From: Eledone cirrhosa
Taxonomy: Eukaryota
Reading direction: 5' to 3'
Assembly (NCBI GenBank): GCA_964016885.1
Contig: OZ024741.1
Coordinates: 32,674,001-32,738,000, forward strand
Length of the DNA: 64,000 nt
Shown: piece by piece, positions 42,301 through 54,917 of the stretch
Layout: every line of letters starts with the position of its first letter
Position numbering within the stretch: the stretch's first letter is position 1
Notes under the pieces: generated by a model
What the model was told of the DNA's origin: nothing
Seen by the model: the letters and a program-made list of their open reading frames with translations, nothing else
Database searches by the model: none
Program-made: the position numbers and the translations under genes

Positions 42301-45300
42301 ATGAGGTAGAGGTTGTCGTGAATGGACCTGGATGGGATAGCACATGTCAGCGCATCTCCCACCAGGCCACCCACGACAAGCGCCAACCTCTTTGCTAAAA
42401 CCTTGGCCAAAATCTTTAACTCTGTGTTTAGCAGAGTTATGGGCCGAAAATTATTTATACTATCCCCCTTGTTCTCGTCCTTCCTCACCAGCGACACTAC
42501 GCCCTTGGCTACAGAACAACGAATTCTCCCGTTCTGCTGCCAATTGCAATAGACTGCTTCGAGGAGTTCGGAGAAGAAGCCCGGCATTGCTAAATAAAGT
42601 TCGAAAGGTATACCATCGAGACCTGGAGATTTGCGTCTGCTGCATTGGCTCAGAGCATCCCCGATCTTATCAGCCGAGATTGGTCCCTCGCAGTACTCTG
42701 CCTCTTCGCCCGAGAGATGCGGCAGGCCGTCGAGGTATGGACCGAAATCCACGTCGACGCCCGGACCCTCGCCTCCCTCGAACAATCAGGCAAAGTGCCT
42801 TTGAAAGACCGCGCACATCTGCTTAGTCTCCCGGATCACCCGTCCATCCTCGTCTTGCAAAGACCGGATGGTGGATCGATTTCCACTCTTAGCTTCTGTC
42901 ACGCGGGCCCAGCCAACGGCTTTGGCCCCCTCATTACCTTGAGCACGTATTTTACTTCGAATGACGCAGCCTTCGTGCTTTGCATCGAAAAACTCGCTCA
43001 AGGCCGTCCTCGATGCCAGCACTCTGGCCACATCTTCGCTCTTGATTGCCTCTTCTAATTTACCTGTTAATTCTTTCTCGTTCCTATTCCCATCGGCAGC
43101 TAACATCTTGCTATAACTTATTGATGCTGTTCTAATCTCCCTTTTGAGAGATGCCCACCATCGGTTGTTGACGATTGCACCCGTCAACCTCTCCTTAACT
43201 AATCTGCTAATCCGGTCTCTGTAAGCCTCTTTTGCCGGTAAAGACAAATTAAGTTTCCAGTAACCGGGAACCTGTCTATGTGTTCTCTCGAGGTTGACTA
43301 CGCAGGTCACTAATTTGTGATCTGTATAGCCAACCGTGAGCATTTCTGGACAGCTTAATATGTCCCTATCCTTACTTCTAACTAAGAATCTATCTAAGTA
43401 CGATCTAGATTGACCACTGTGGTTCGTCCAAGGCCAGGTTGGTACAGTTGGAAAATCTAGTCGATATCTATCGACCAAGTTAAAACGGTCGAGTAACCTC
43501 TTGAGGCTGTTACATGCCCCTCTATTAGGACATGCTCCTGCATAGTCCCAACGTGCATCTAGGATGTCATTCCAGTCCCCCGCTAGAAGCAAGGAATGCA
43601 ACGTTCCCATAAAAGTCTCCAGACGCTGGAAGAAGTCGGGTCGTTCAGCTCCGAAAGGGGAGTAGACGGCGACCAGTCTCAAGGCCGCACCTCCACTACT
43701 GCCAACGTCTAGCACCAACAAACGACCTTCCGGGTCCGAGTGAACAACCTGTACGGCGAGATGCAGGTGTTTTTCCAGCAGTACGACAACGCCACCCCCA
43801 CCTCCAGGTTGACAGAGAGATGCGTGCCCCTCAAAGTCATCGAAGGTAGGGGCCAGCTGCCGCACGACGCTGATCCGAGTCTCACAGATAACCATTACAT
43901 TTATACCACGTGACCTGAGGTCATTTAGAAGCTTTGCTTGCTTCCAAGTTGAGCCCAGACCACGTGCATTCAAACATCCTACTCTTAACACATCCATGTG
44001 AACGGCAGAGCCAAAGGAGAGTGTAGAGACCTACCTTTCTGCTTCCCGGGGTTCGGGCCGCACGATTTCCATGGGGTCGGGGGTGTTGGGTGAAGGGGTG
44101 TCTTGTGGTGGTGTGGGGTCGTCAGTGTGTGGTGGGTTTGGGGTGTTTGGAGTGGTGTCGGGGAGGGGAAGGGGAGGGGGAAAGCTTTTTAGGAGGACGT
44201 GGTTTATGGGTTTGACAGAGGGTGGTCCTACGTCCTCCTTAAAATCCTTTTTTAGTTTTTGGTAGAGGTTCATTGGGATCTTTATTAATTTTAAATGTGG
44301 GTAGTTTTCTGAAGAAACAAAGTTTACCCCTTCGGTTTGTACCGAAGGGTTATTGTTTATGAGTTCATTTAATTTATTATTGTTTCTGTTGATGTGAGTA
44401 TAGTGTAATGTCTTTTTTTCGGATGGTGTGAGTGTTTCGAAGAGGGGAGGGGGATGTTTGGTTTTGTTTGTTGCTGGAGGGGTGTTTTGTGTTTTGTTGG
44501 ATTGTGTTGACATTTGGGTAGGGGCTGTTTGGCCTTGTGTGTTTTGCACATGTTTTCTTTTTTTCCTTTTAATCTGTCTGAAGGACTCCGTTTCTTCCTC
44601 CGAATTCGTTGGGTTATCTTCAGTGTTGGAGGGAAGAGGTATGTTTGCTGGTAATGTTTCTGTGTTAATTTTCTTTGTGGGGGAGATGGATGTCACTATG
44701 TTAGACTGTGTTGTGTGTTTGTGGCTGCGGTGGTTGTGTTGTTTTATTGAGTGAGGGGTTGGGTGGGACTGTGTTTTGTTTTGGGGTAATGTGTTGTGTC
44801 TGTTTGTGCTGTGGTGGTGGTGTAGTTTTACTAAGGGACGAGTTGGGTGGGACTGAGTTTTGTTGTTTGTTTATCTGTTGTGTTGGTGGTGGAGCTGGTG
44901 TTGGTAGCAGGGTTTTCTTCTTGTTGAGTTGGGGACAAGCCGCCTTCAGGTGCCCTCTGCCTGCACAGATATGACAGGACGGCCTTCTCCCCTCCACACT
45001 AAAGTTTATATACCCGTGGCCCTCTAATAGGATTCTGTCGGGTATTTGGGCGATGCGTTCAGGCTTCATTTGCACTACAAGTTCTATACCTGTTCCACTG
45101 AACGCATTGCCTGTGGTTTTCCCAATGGAAATCACGTTGTCATTCGCTGGATCGATGAAGCCAACTATGAACCGGCAGTAATCCATATCTAGCATCATCG
45201 CATCCAGCCATATGCGCTGAGTTCTTTTACCCATATAAGATGGAGAAAAGGTAAAATTTGTCGAACGAATCGGCGACAAAGCATATTTTTTCGCCGCCGA

Positions 45301-46165
45301 TTCGTTCTTCATAATAATGGCCAGGCTACCATACAACCTGTCTCTTCTTATGAAAGTGGCTTCATTAAGTACTTTTCTAAGTACCGCTTTAATTTCTGCT
45401 TGTGTTGGTTGTTGTGGCTTTTTTGAGATGTTGATGGTGCGGAAAACGACCGTCCGACTTTCAATATCTTTGGTGAGTTCTTGGGGCATTTTTACTGACA
45501 AGGCTCCATTTCCCCTTTGAGTTATGAATTGTTTGGCGTTTTTTATTCTTTGTGCCACATCTGAAATATTTTCAGGTATGTATGTTAAAGATTTTTTTGT
45601 TGTTTGTGCAAATGAGATGTTATTGGTGTTGACTTTGTCGTCTGTTTTGCTTTCTGTTATGATGTTGTTGTTTTCAAATGTTATTTTTGTGTTTGTTGTT
45701 TCTTTGTTTGTGGTATTAATATTGTCATGCAATTCTTTCATATTTTTGTTGTTGTTGGAATCAATCTCCAGATTTGTGTTTTCGTCGACATTTTCTCCGC
45801 ATATTCGTCTGTTTTTATTTTATATTTTCTTTCCTTCTCTATGACGTTAGTTGGGAAGGAAGGGGGGACTAAAGCGTGCGAGCTTACAACTCTTACCGCT
45901 GTCCCCCCACCACTATTTTCGTTAGCTTCGTTTAACATTTCTCCCAGACGATTGAAATTTTATGCAACAAAATTTTTAATAACAGGTTTTTCACCCCTGG
46001 GAGGGGCGAAAATGAGCTGACCCACCGCCTGACAGTTCAGACGGGGGGTCAAGCTACACAATAGTATCAAAATTCAAATTAAACTTACAAAATTTCCGCA
46101 ATAAATTGGAACAAAACTTCTGCGCGAAGTGAATTACGTCTACGCTATCGAACAGACGACAGCTA
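39300..46165 (-). mobile_element. Tx1/L1-clade LINE copy B, frameshifted, with duplicated ORF2 C-terminus and (TCTA)n tail
   Basis: ORF1 44031-45741 with CHICAGRGHLKAAC knuckle; ORF2 pieces from 43997 to ~39600 with APE, YADD RT and CPRC..H....C; 3' end homologous to copy A. Confidence 0.92.
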
Positions 46166-46171
46166 GATTAT

Positions 46172-46230
<59 letters not shown>

Positions 46231-46493
46231 GTTTCTTTTATTTGCCACTAGGGCATCAAAAGTGGGACAAGTACAAAGGGGGGAGTTTACACAAAAAGGC
46301 GTCCTCAATAAGGAGGAGGCAATAACAAAATATAAAAATAAAATAAGATATAACAAAAAATAAAATTTTTAACAAAATCCTCAATAGAGAGGAGGCGCCT
46401 TGGGGGGTCGCACACACCCCCGAAAAAAGTGTGCAACCCTTTTCCTCAGGAGCACAGAGAGGGGGTGCTCCCTCGTTCCTTCCTCTTTTCCAC

Positions 46494-49400
46494 CTACAGG
46501 CTTATGTAAAGAGAAGGCCCATTCACACGGGCCATTCTCGCCACTTTCACCCACCTTTCATAAAAACGACTGGGGTGCAGCACCTCTCTCTCCATCCTGA
46601 TCCTTCTTCCGAAATGATATCGGAAGAAACGGACCAGTTGTTGGCCAGAGAGAAAGGTGCCTGACCTCAGTCCTTTCAGACGCGTCCACCATACAACCTC
46701 TTTCGCCATGGCTATTACGCACAGAAACACCGCCTCTGCTTCATCTTTGAAGGGGGGAGGCGGCTTGATCATTACAATAGACTCGGTGGTTAACCGGATC
46801 GGTCCCACCCTTGACAGCAGTTGTTCGACATAGCCCCACAGATCGGCTACGCCCGAGCAGTGTACCAATGCGTGTGCAACGGTTTCCTCGTCGCACACGC
46901 ATCTGGGACAGATCTTTTTGGCGGGGTCCCTACCCGGGCGCCCGTGTCTGTAGAGCCTTTCTCGAACGGGTAAAGCCCCTCGGTAGCACTGCCAGGCCAG
47001 GGACTTCTGGAAGTTGTCCATAGGTCCCGGGCTGAATGTCCTACCGAACAGGCTGGCCAGTTCGTCCTCCTCCATGTCTAGAGCTTCTCCGAGGGCGTCG
47101 TCGCACCTGCTGCGTACCAGCCCTCTATAGAATGTTGCGGTGGAGTCTCCACTGATAACCGGATCCGCCTGCCAGAGGGCGGTGAGCGCCTGGGCACACT
47201 CAGTGTGCCAGGCGCCCAGTTTTCTCGGTCTTTGCTTGACCCAGGATTGCAGCTCGGTGAGTGAGACGAGTCTGGGAAAGGTTCGTCTCACAAACGAGGC
47301 CCACACCGGTTGTCCGGTGAGGAATACGTAGAGGTGCCGTAGCCTTAATGCGTGTTTACGCATCATTAGCCACGGCATCCCCAGCCCTCCTTTCGAAGGG
47401 TGTTGACAGCAGATGGATCTCCTCACCATAGGAGCCCGCCCCTTCCAAAGGAATTGGAAGAGCGCGCGCTCCATCTTGGTGAGGGTTTCCCTTGGGCAGG
47501 GCACTACGGTCAGGCGGTAGTAGATGACGGACGCTATATAAGTGTTCGCCACCTCCGCCCGACCTTTCAGGGATAGTTTGCAACTGGCCCACTTCTGGGT
47601 CAGTGCAAACACCCTGTTCGTAACCTCCGCCCAGTTTTTCTCCACCTGGAGGTCCGGTCCGAACCAGACCCCGAGCAACTTCACCGGGCCCTCCGTCCAG
47701 CGTCCGACGACGCCATCGGAGGGCATCGGTCTGCCCCTCCACGTGCCGAGTTGCAAACCGATCGACTTGTCCCGGTTCAGCTTAGCCCCTGTGAACTTTT
47801 CGTACTCCTCCAGTAAGGTGCCGACTGCCTCGATTTCGGAGGCCGTCGACACCATTACTGTCACATCATCGGCGTAGGCTGACACCGCTTTCCGCAATCC
47901 CGGTTCCAAAGGGATGCCCTGCAACAACTCCAACTTCCGCAGTAGTGGCTCGAGAGTCAACACATACAGGAGGGAGGAGAGAGGGCACCCTTGTCGGATG
48001 GACCGCGCGATTTTGAACGGCTCCGAGAGGTAGCCGTTCACCTTGACCCTAGAGCAGATGCGGCTGCTGTGCATAGCAGTGATCCAGCCCCTGAAAACGG
48101 GTCCGAAGCCTGCCGCCGCTAGCACCGCATCCAGGTAACCATGGTCGACCCTATCGAACGCCTTAGATTGATCCAAGTTGATCAGAGCCCCACCAAAGCC
48201 GGGTTCGTTCCCAACCCTCTCTATGATGTATCGCATGAGGTGGAGGTTGTCATGGATGGACCTGGACGGGATAGCGCATGTCTGCGCATCTCCCACCAGG
48301 TTGCCCACGACAAGCGCCAACCTCTTTGCTAGCACCTTGGCCAAAATCTGTAACTCTGTATTTAGCAGAGTTATGGGCCTGAAGTTACTTATTTCGTCCC
48401 CCTTGTTCTCGTCCTTCCTCACTAGCGTGACTACGCCCTTGGTCACAGTACAGGGAATTCTCCCGTTCTGTTGCCAGTTGCAGTAGACCGCCTCGAGGAG
48501 ATCGGGGAACAAGTCCGGCATAGCTAGATATAATTCGTAAGGAAGACCATCGAGACCCGGGGATTTGCGTTTGCCGCATTGGCCCAGCACGTCCTCTATC
48601 TCAGCGGCCGAAATCGGCTCCTCGCAAGACTTCGCCTCCCTGTCCGAGAGGCGCGGCAGGCCGTCGAGGTATGGACCGAAGTCCACGTTTCCAACCGGCT
48701 CCCCGCCCCTCCCGAACAGTCGGGCAAAGTGCCTTTGAAAGGCCTCACACATCTGCTTAGGCTCAAGAATCGCCCGTCCATCCAGGTCTCGCAAAGACCG
48801 GATGGTGGATTTAGTTCCACTGTTGGCCTCTGTCACGCGGGCCCAGCTAACAGCTTTGGCCCCCTCGTTCCCTAGAGCACGTATTTTACTTCGGACAACG
48901 CAGCCTTCGTGCTTCGCGTCGAAAAACTGGCTCAAAGCCGTTCTCGACGCTAGCACTCTGGCCACGTCGCCGCTTCTAATTGCCTCTTCTACTCTATCTA
49001 TTAGCTCCCTTTCCTTCCTATTCCTATCCGCAGCTAGAACCTTACTAAATTCAATCGAGACTACTCTAATCTCTCTCTTTAGAGATACCCACCACCTGCT
49101 GTTGACGATCGCTCCAGTCAACCGTTCCTTAACTAACGTACTAATCCGATTCCTGTAGGCTCTACTTGCCGGCAAGGACAAGTTGAGCTTCCAGTAACCG
49201 GGGCCCTGTCTATGCGTTCTATCAAGGTTGACCATGCAGGTCACCAACTTGTGGTCTGAATAGCCAACCATGAGCATTTCTGGACAACTTAAAAAGTCCC
49301 TGTCCTTATTTCTAACTAAAAATCTATCTAGGTACGATCTAGATGATCCGCTGCGATTTGACCAAGACCAGGTTGGCACCGTCGGAAAATCTAGTCGAAA

Positions 49401-49931
49401 TCTATCGGCCAGGTCAAATCGGCCGAGTAACCCCTTGAGGCTGTTGCACCCCTCTCTATCGGGACATGCCCCTGCATAGTCCCAACGTGCATCCAGGATA
49501 CCATTCCAATCCCCCACTAAAAGCAGGGAACGGGACGTCCCTAGAAAAGACTCCAGACGCTGGAAAAAGTCGGGCCGCTCTGTCCCAAAAGGGGCATATG
49601 CGGCTATCAGCCTAAAGGCTCTACCTTCACCACTGCCAAGGTCCAGCACCACCAGTCGACCCCCTGGGTCCAAGTGAACTATCTGTGTTGCAAGGCCCAT
49701 ATGTTTTTGCAGCAGAACGACAACCCCACCCCCACCTCCGGGCTGACAGAGAGATGCGTGCATCTCAAAGTCGTCAAAGGTGGGGGCTAGCTGTCGCATG
49801 CTGCTGATCCGGGCCTCGCAGATAACCATCACATTTATAGATTGTGACCTGAGGTCATTTAGAAGCATTGCTTGCTTCCAAGACGAGCCCAGGCCACGCG
49901 CATTTAGACACCCTACTCTTAGCACAGCCAT
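46494..49931 (-). CDS. LINE ORF2: APE endonuclease, reverse transcriptase, C-terminal zinc-binding motif
   Basis: CLNARGL, GDWN, SYLDRFL, SDH; SPGLDG, NFRPITLLN, LDQSKAFDRVDH, IRQGCPLS, YADD; CPRC..ETVAHALVHC; likely ATG at 49931 (MAVLRVG, matching MDVLRVG of copy B). Confidence 0.95.
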   Translation of the reverse strand: MAVLRVGCLNARGLGSSWKQAMLLNDLRSQSINVMVICEARISSMRQLAPTFDDFEMHASLCQPGGGGGVVVLLQKHMGLATQIVHLDPGGRLVVLDLGSGEGRAFRLIAAYAPFGTERPDFFQRLESFLGTSRSLLLVGDWNGILDARWDYAGACPDREGCNSLKGLLGRFDLADRFRLDFPTVPTWSWSNRSGSSRSYLDRFLVRNKDRDFLSCPEMLMVGYSDHKLVTCMVNLDRTHRQGPGYWKLNLSLPASRAYRNRISTLVKERLTGAIVNSRWWVSLKREIRVVSIEFSKVLAADRNRKERELIDRVEEAIRSGDVARVLASRTALSQFFDAKHEGCVVRSKIRALGNEGAKAVSWARVTEANSGTKSTIRSLRDLDGRAILEPKQMCEAFQRHFARLFGRGGEPVGNVDFGPYLDGLPRLSDREAKSCEEPISAAEIEDVLGQCGKRKSPGLDGLPYELYLAMPDLFPDLLEAVYCNWQQNGRIPCTVTKGVVTLVRKDENKGDEISNFRPITLLNTELQILAKVLAKRLALVVGNLVGDAQTCAIPSRSIHDNLHLMRYIIERVGNEPGFGGALINLDQSKAFDRVDHGYLDAVLAAAGFGPVFRGWITAMHSSRICSRVKVNGYLSEPFKIARSIRQGCPLSSLLYVLTLEPLLRKLELLQGIPLEPGLRKAVSAYADDVTVMVSTASEIEAVGTLLEEYEKFTGAKLNRDKSIGLQLGTWRGRPMPSDGVVGRWTEGPVKLLGVWFGPDLQVEKNWAEVTNRVFALTQKWASCKLSLKGRAEVANTYIASVIYYRLTVVPCPRETLTKMERALFQFLWKGRAPMVRRSICCQHPSKGGLGMPWLMMRKHALRLRHLYVFLTGQPVWASFVRRTFPRLVSLTELQSWVKQRPRKLGAWHTECAQALTALWQADPVISGDSTATFYRGLVRSRCDDALGEALDMEEDELASLFGRTFSPGPMDNFQKSLAWQCYRGALPVRERLYRHGRPGRDPAKKICPRCVCDEETVAHALVHCSGVADLWGYVEQLLSRVGPIRLTTESIVMIKPPPPFKDEAEAVFLCVIAMAKEVVWWTRLKGLRSGTFLSGQQLVRFFRYHFGRRIRMEREVLHPSRFYERWVKVARMARVNGPSLYISL

Positions 49932-49955
49932 GTTGGTGGCAAAGAGAAAAGGCAC

Positions 49956-51601
49956 TTACCTCTCTGCGTCCCGGGAAACGGGCCGCTCAATTTCCATGCT
50001 GGTTGGGGATGGGTTGTTGGGTGGGGTTGTGGTTTGTGGAAGTGAAGGGGCATCGGTGTGTTGTGGGGTTGGGGTGTTTGTCGTTGAGTGGATGTCTGGG
50101 TGAGGTGGGGGGGTGAAATTTTTTAGGAGGACGCGGTTGATTGGTTTGGCGCAGGGGGGGCCCACGTCCTCCGTGAAATTTATTTTCAGTGTTTTGTACA
50201 AGTGCATTGGGACTTTTATCATTTTCAAATGAGGTAGTCCCACAGCAGTTATAAAGTTTGGCCCTTCGGTTTGGACCGAAGGGTTTGCTGAAATTGTTTT
50301 CCGTAATTCTTTGTTGTCTGTGTTCATGTATGTGTATTGTAATGTCTTTTTTTGTGTAGCAGTTAGTGTTGTGTGACAGGGAGGGGTGGTTTGTGTGTAG
50401 TTTGTGTTCTCTTGGGGGGGATTAAAGTTAACATGTGTGTCTGTGGTGCGTCTCCTCTTCTTTCTTTTTACTTGTTGGAAGGGATCTTTTTCGTCTTGCG
50501 ACGAAAGAGGTTCGTCTTCCTTGTTGGGTGGGAGGGGTATGTTTTCTGGTAGTGTTTGCGGTGTGCGTGTTTTTGTATTTGTTTTGGGTGGGGAGGGATT
50601 GGGTGGGACAGTATTCTGTGTTATTTTTTCACGTGTTTGTTGTTGTTGTTGTTGTGGTGGTGGTGGTGGTGGGGTTGTTGGTTTTTGTTGTTGTTGTGGT
50701 TGTTTTTGTTGTTGTAGTTGGGGTGGTGTTGGTGTTGGTAGCAGTGTTTTTTTCTGTGTGAGCTGGGGACAGGCAGCCCTCAGGTGACCTCTATTGCCAC
50801 AGAGGTAACAGGAGGGACGCCTACCCTCCACAATGATGTTGAGGTGGGTACGGTCATCCAGCATGACGCGCTCAGGGATTTGGGCGATGCGTTCTGGCCT
50901 TATTTGGGTCAGAACTTCGATGCTCGTTCCACTGAACGCGTCGCCGGATGCCTTCCCTATTGAGATGAGGTTGTCCTCGTCTAAATTGAGGAAACCGGTT
51001 AGTAACCACCAGTAGTTTATGTTTGGGGTGATGGTGGTTATCCATATCCTCTGGGTTTTTTTACCCATGTAGGTAGGGAAGAAGGTGTAGTGTGTGGACC
51101 GAATTGGCGACACAGAGTATTTTTTTGCCGCCAATTCGTCTTTCATCAATATGGATAAACTCCCATAGAGTTTATCCTTTTGTATGAAAGTGATGTCTCT
51201 CATCGCGTCTTTCAAGACTAACTGAGTTTCCGCTTGAGATGGTTGCGCTGGTTTCTTTGTTTTATTTAAAATTGTTCGGAATACGACAGTTCGTAATTCC
51301 GTCTGTCTTTTTAGCTCCGGAGGTGAATGTATAGAAAACGATCCGTTTTCGCCAAAAGACACATATTTCTTGGCTTTTTCCAGCATTTCTTTTGCTTTTG
51401 AAATATCTTCCAGCACATAAGCGACTGATAATTTAGCCGTTTGTGCAAAAGATATTTTGTTTTCGTTTTGGATATTAGTATTGTTTTGTTTCTCGTCGTT
51501 TGAGTTGTTTTCATCTTTGTTGTTGTTGTTGTCTTTCTCGTTTCGTGTGTGGATACTTGTGACGTTTGTGTTGTTGTTGTTTTTGTTGTCTTTATTGTTG
51601 C

Positions 51602-51632
<31 letters not shown>

Positions 51633-51821
51633 GTTGTTTTCAAATTCTTGTGTAGTTGTGGCTACATCTAGTGGTCGGTCAACAGGTGAAGACAATTCTT
51701 CCTCTCTCTGACCTCTGCCTTTGGCATCTGCTGCTGTGACAGTGGCAGGGGGAAGCTGTGAGTATGACTTCCCCTTTCCTTCTTTGATTGATGGTGAAGA
51801 TGATTCAGCCATTTTTCTCAA
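49956..51821 (-). CDS. LINE ORF1 (gag-like, single CCHC zinc knuckle, N/Q/P-rich low-complexity tracts)
   Basis: 621-aa ORF, CYLCGNRGHLRAAC, homologous to copy B ORF1. Confidence 0.9.
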
Positions 51822-52035
51822 AATAGGGTTTTTCGAAGTTTTTCGAAAGATAAAATGTTCACAATACTATTTCGCCCAAAGGCGCAGAATATTTTGAGAG
51901 ACCGACCAGATCAAAATTTGACCTGGCAGTCCCTCTACAAAATGATACAAAAATGAAAGTTTACAGTTTACAATTTCCGTATGAATTTAAACAAAAACTT
52001 ACCGAGCGAGCTCAGCACATGTGTCCATGATATCG

Positions 52036-52217
52036 AAATGGTTTCAACGACTAGAACTATTTCATTTAAATGAAATCATCAGAAAAGTCCTGATGATTTC
52101 TTTGGAATGAAACAGTACTAGTCCCGTAGAAGCCATTTCTACATTAAACTTGTTGTTTACACTTTACTAAAGTTTTGTGTACTTTACTTACTGAGGTTAC
52201 ACCCGATTCAACCCGGG
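52036..52217. mobile_element. Family A fold-back pLTR fragment abutting the LINE 5' end
   Basis: CTGATGA tttctttggaat GAAA cagtactagtcccg TA gaagcc at 52090-52134, inverted degenerate arm upstream, tail CCGATTCAACCCGG. Confidence 0.65.
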
Positions 52218-52409
52218 TCTCACACACACACACACACACACGCGCATTGTGTGTATGTGTCTGTCTTTGTATGTGTTTATTTGTACGTCTATATACGTGC
52301 GGGTGCTAAAATGTTTCCACTCAGTATACACACGTTGTAACTTAATTCTATAAATAAGAAGCAGTAAATTTTTAAACATATTATTTACAGTAGCAATAAT
52401 AATAATAAC

Positions 52410-53022
52410 GTTTTCTTATATAGGCACAAGGCCAGCAATTTTGGGGGAGGGGGACGTCGATTAAATCGACACCAGTGCGAGACTGGTACTTTATTTTATC
52501 GACCCCGTAAGGATGAAAGGCAAAGTTAACGTCGGCGGGATTTGAACTCAGAACGTAAAGGGCCGTATGTCTATGCTGAAAAGCATGGCGTCTGACCCTC
52601 TACCTTAACTGCCAATCCACGCCTCCCTAATAATAATAATAATAATAATAATAATTGTTTCTACCTTTAGGCACAAGGCCAGCAAATACCCAGTACATTA
52701 CTGGTACTTTGTTTTATCGACCCCGTAAGGATGAAAGGCAAAGTTAACCTCGGCGGGATTTGAACTCAGAACGTAAAGGGCCGTATGTATATGCTGAAAA
52801 GCATGGCTTCCGACCCTCTACCATAACCGCCAATCCACGCCTCCCTAATAATAATAATAATAATAATTGTTTCTACTTTAGGCACAAGGCCAGCAAATAC
52901 CCAGTACATTACTGGTACTTTGTTTTATCGACCCCGTAAGGATGAAAGGCAAAGTTAACCTCGGCGGGATTTGAACTCAGACTGTAAAGGGACGTAACTA
53001 TGCTAGAAAGCATGGCGTCGAC
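52410..53022 (-). mobile_element. Three tandem Octopus-type SINE copies separated by (AAT)n
   Basis: Core repeated at ~52410, ~52655 and ~52866. Confidence 0.88.
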
Positions 53023-54119
53023 AACTATAATGACGGCAATAATAAATAAATGAAACAAAAGGAAAGAAAGAATAGGTAAATATAGAGAAAAAAGAGAAAA
53101 AGAATGGAGTAAAAGAATTGGAAGGGAGGGGATGGCAAGCGCTCAGGTATCGCAGAAGAGAGGTCTCGACGGTGACCGGTGCGAAGGGGAAGCGGCCGGA
53201 AAAACCCCGTTATTTGTTTATTTTGCGTTTTTCTGCGAGGTGGGCCGCGCTGTCGGGGTTTGTGGCAGTGAGCTAGAACGGAGGATTGTAAACTGTGTCT
53301 GGGAGTGAGTGGACGCATGATATTGAGACGAGAACCGTGTGTGTCCGGGCACCCAAAGCCGCAAGTTCGATAACAGTGAAGGAATAAAAAAAAAAAGAGA
53401 GAAAAAAAAAATATATATATATTTATCCTAGACTGAAATATATGGTCTATATATCTTCAATATAGTGCTACAGTATGGCCTCAGTTTAATAATTGATATA
53501 TGTGTATATATTTGTGAATGTATTGCATTAATAAAAGATATTTGAGAACGAATTCTTGCTCCAAAGATAAAATTAAGCGCTTTTATCGCACAAAATTTGT
53601 ATATTTTCGTGGTGGACTTGAAATCAACAATGTACAAAAACTTACAAAAATATCTTAGACAAAACAGTTTCAAAAATGAATATTGATAGTATTTATATAA
53701 TTTTCAAAAATGTAATAAACTAAAGCGAATTGTCATTTCAGAAAATGGAAATTATAATAACGCGAACAAGATTAACTCGAAAAATAAGATATTTATGTTT
53801 ATAGTTGTTAATATGAAATAGCTTCAGAAACTTAAATATGAAAAACGAGAGAAAAATGTACAAATTATTACATATTTGAATTTGAACATTTTATGGGATT
53901 TTGTTTGTTGTTAATTCTAGAAAGTTATAAAATATGAAACCGTATAATTATTTTTTATATCATATTGTTACATTATGTATAGACAGAGAGAGAGACTGGG
54001 AGAGAGAGCGGAGGGAGAGCGGGAGGGAGAGAGAAAAAGCGTGCGGGAGAGATGTATATACGTTTATATATATATATATTATATATACATATATATAGAC
54101 ATATATGTATCGTATATAA

Positions 54120-54189
<70 letters not shown>

Positions 54190-54194
<5 letters not shown>

Positions 54195-54545
54195 GAGATA
54201 GATAGATATACATGTACGTATATATAAATATATATGTATATATTAATATATTATACAGATACATACATATATACATATACATATATAAATACATATATAT
54301 ATATACACAAATATATAGATACCCACATGTATATATATATACATACACACATCCAAATATATATACATATATACATATATATATATGTAGAGATAGATAG
54401 ATAGATATACATGTATGTATATATAAATATATATGTATATAAAAATATATTATACAGATACATACATATATAACATATATAAATATATATATATATACAC
54501 AAATATATAGATACCCAGATGTATATATATACATAAACACTCACA
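54190..54545. repeat. ~197-bp tandem duplication of microsatellite-derived sequence
   Basis: TGTAGAGATAGATAG...TTATACAGATACATAC...AGATACCCA occurs twice. Confidence 0.7.
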
Positions 54546-54917
54546 CACATATATATATACATATATACATATATATGCGTGTGTGTGTGCTTAAGTATGT
54601 ATAGGTAGATAAATAGACATACTAATAGATAGGTACATAGTTAAAGGCAAGTATATGTGCGTGTATAAATATAATGACTACACAGAGATGATACAGTCAC
54701 ATAAAACAAACTATTTAAGTTATAACATCGAAAAATATTTGTAAGAACTCATGATGCAGCATCTATACTTACATAGACTCATATATATATATTTATATAT
54801 GTCTGTGTGTGTATATATATATATACATATAAATATGGATATATATGTATATATATGTGTGTGCGTGAGTTGTCTATACATATAGAGAGATTAAATATAT
54901 ATATATATATATATAAT

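Larger units (their letters stand above)
46172..52035 (-). mobile_element. Tx1/L1-clade LINE copy A, apparently full length and intact, (TCTA)n tail
   Basis: 5' UTR homologous to copy B, two uninterrupted ORFs, 3' UTR ending AATAAAAGAAAC then (TCTA)n. Confidence 0.95.
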
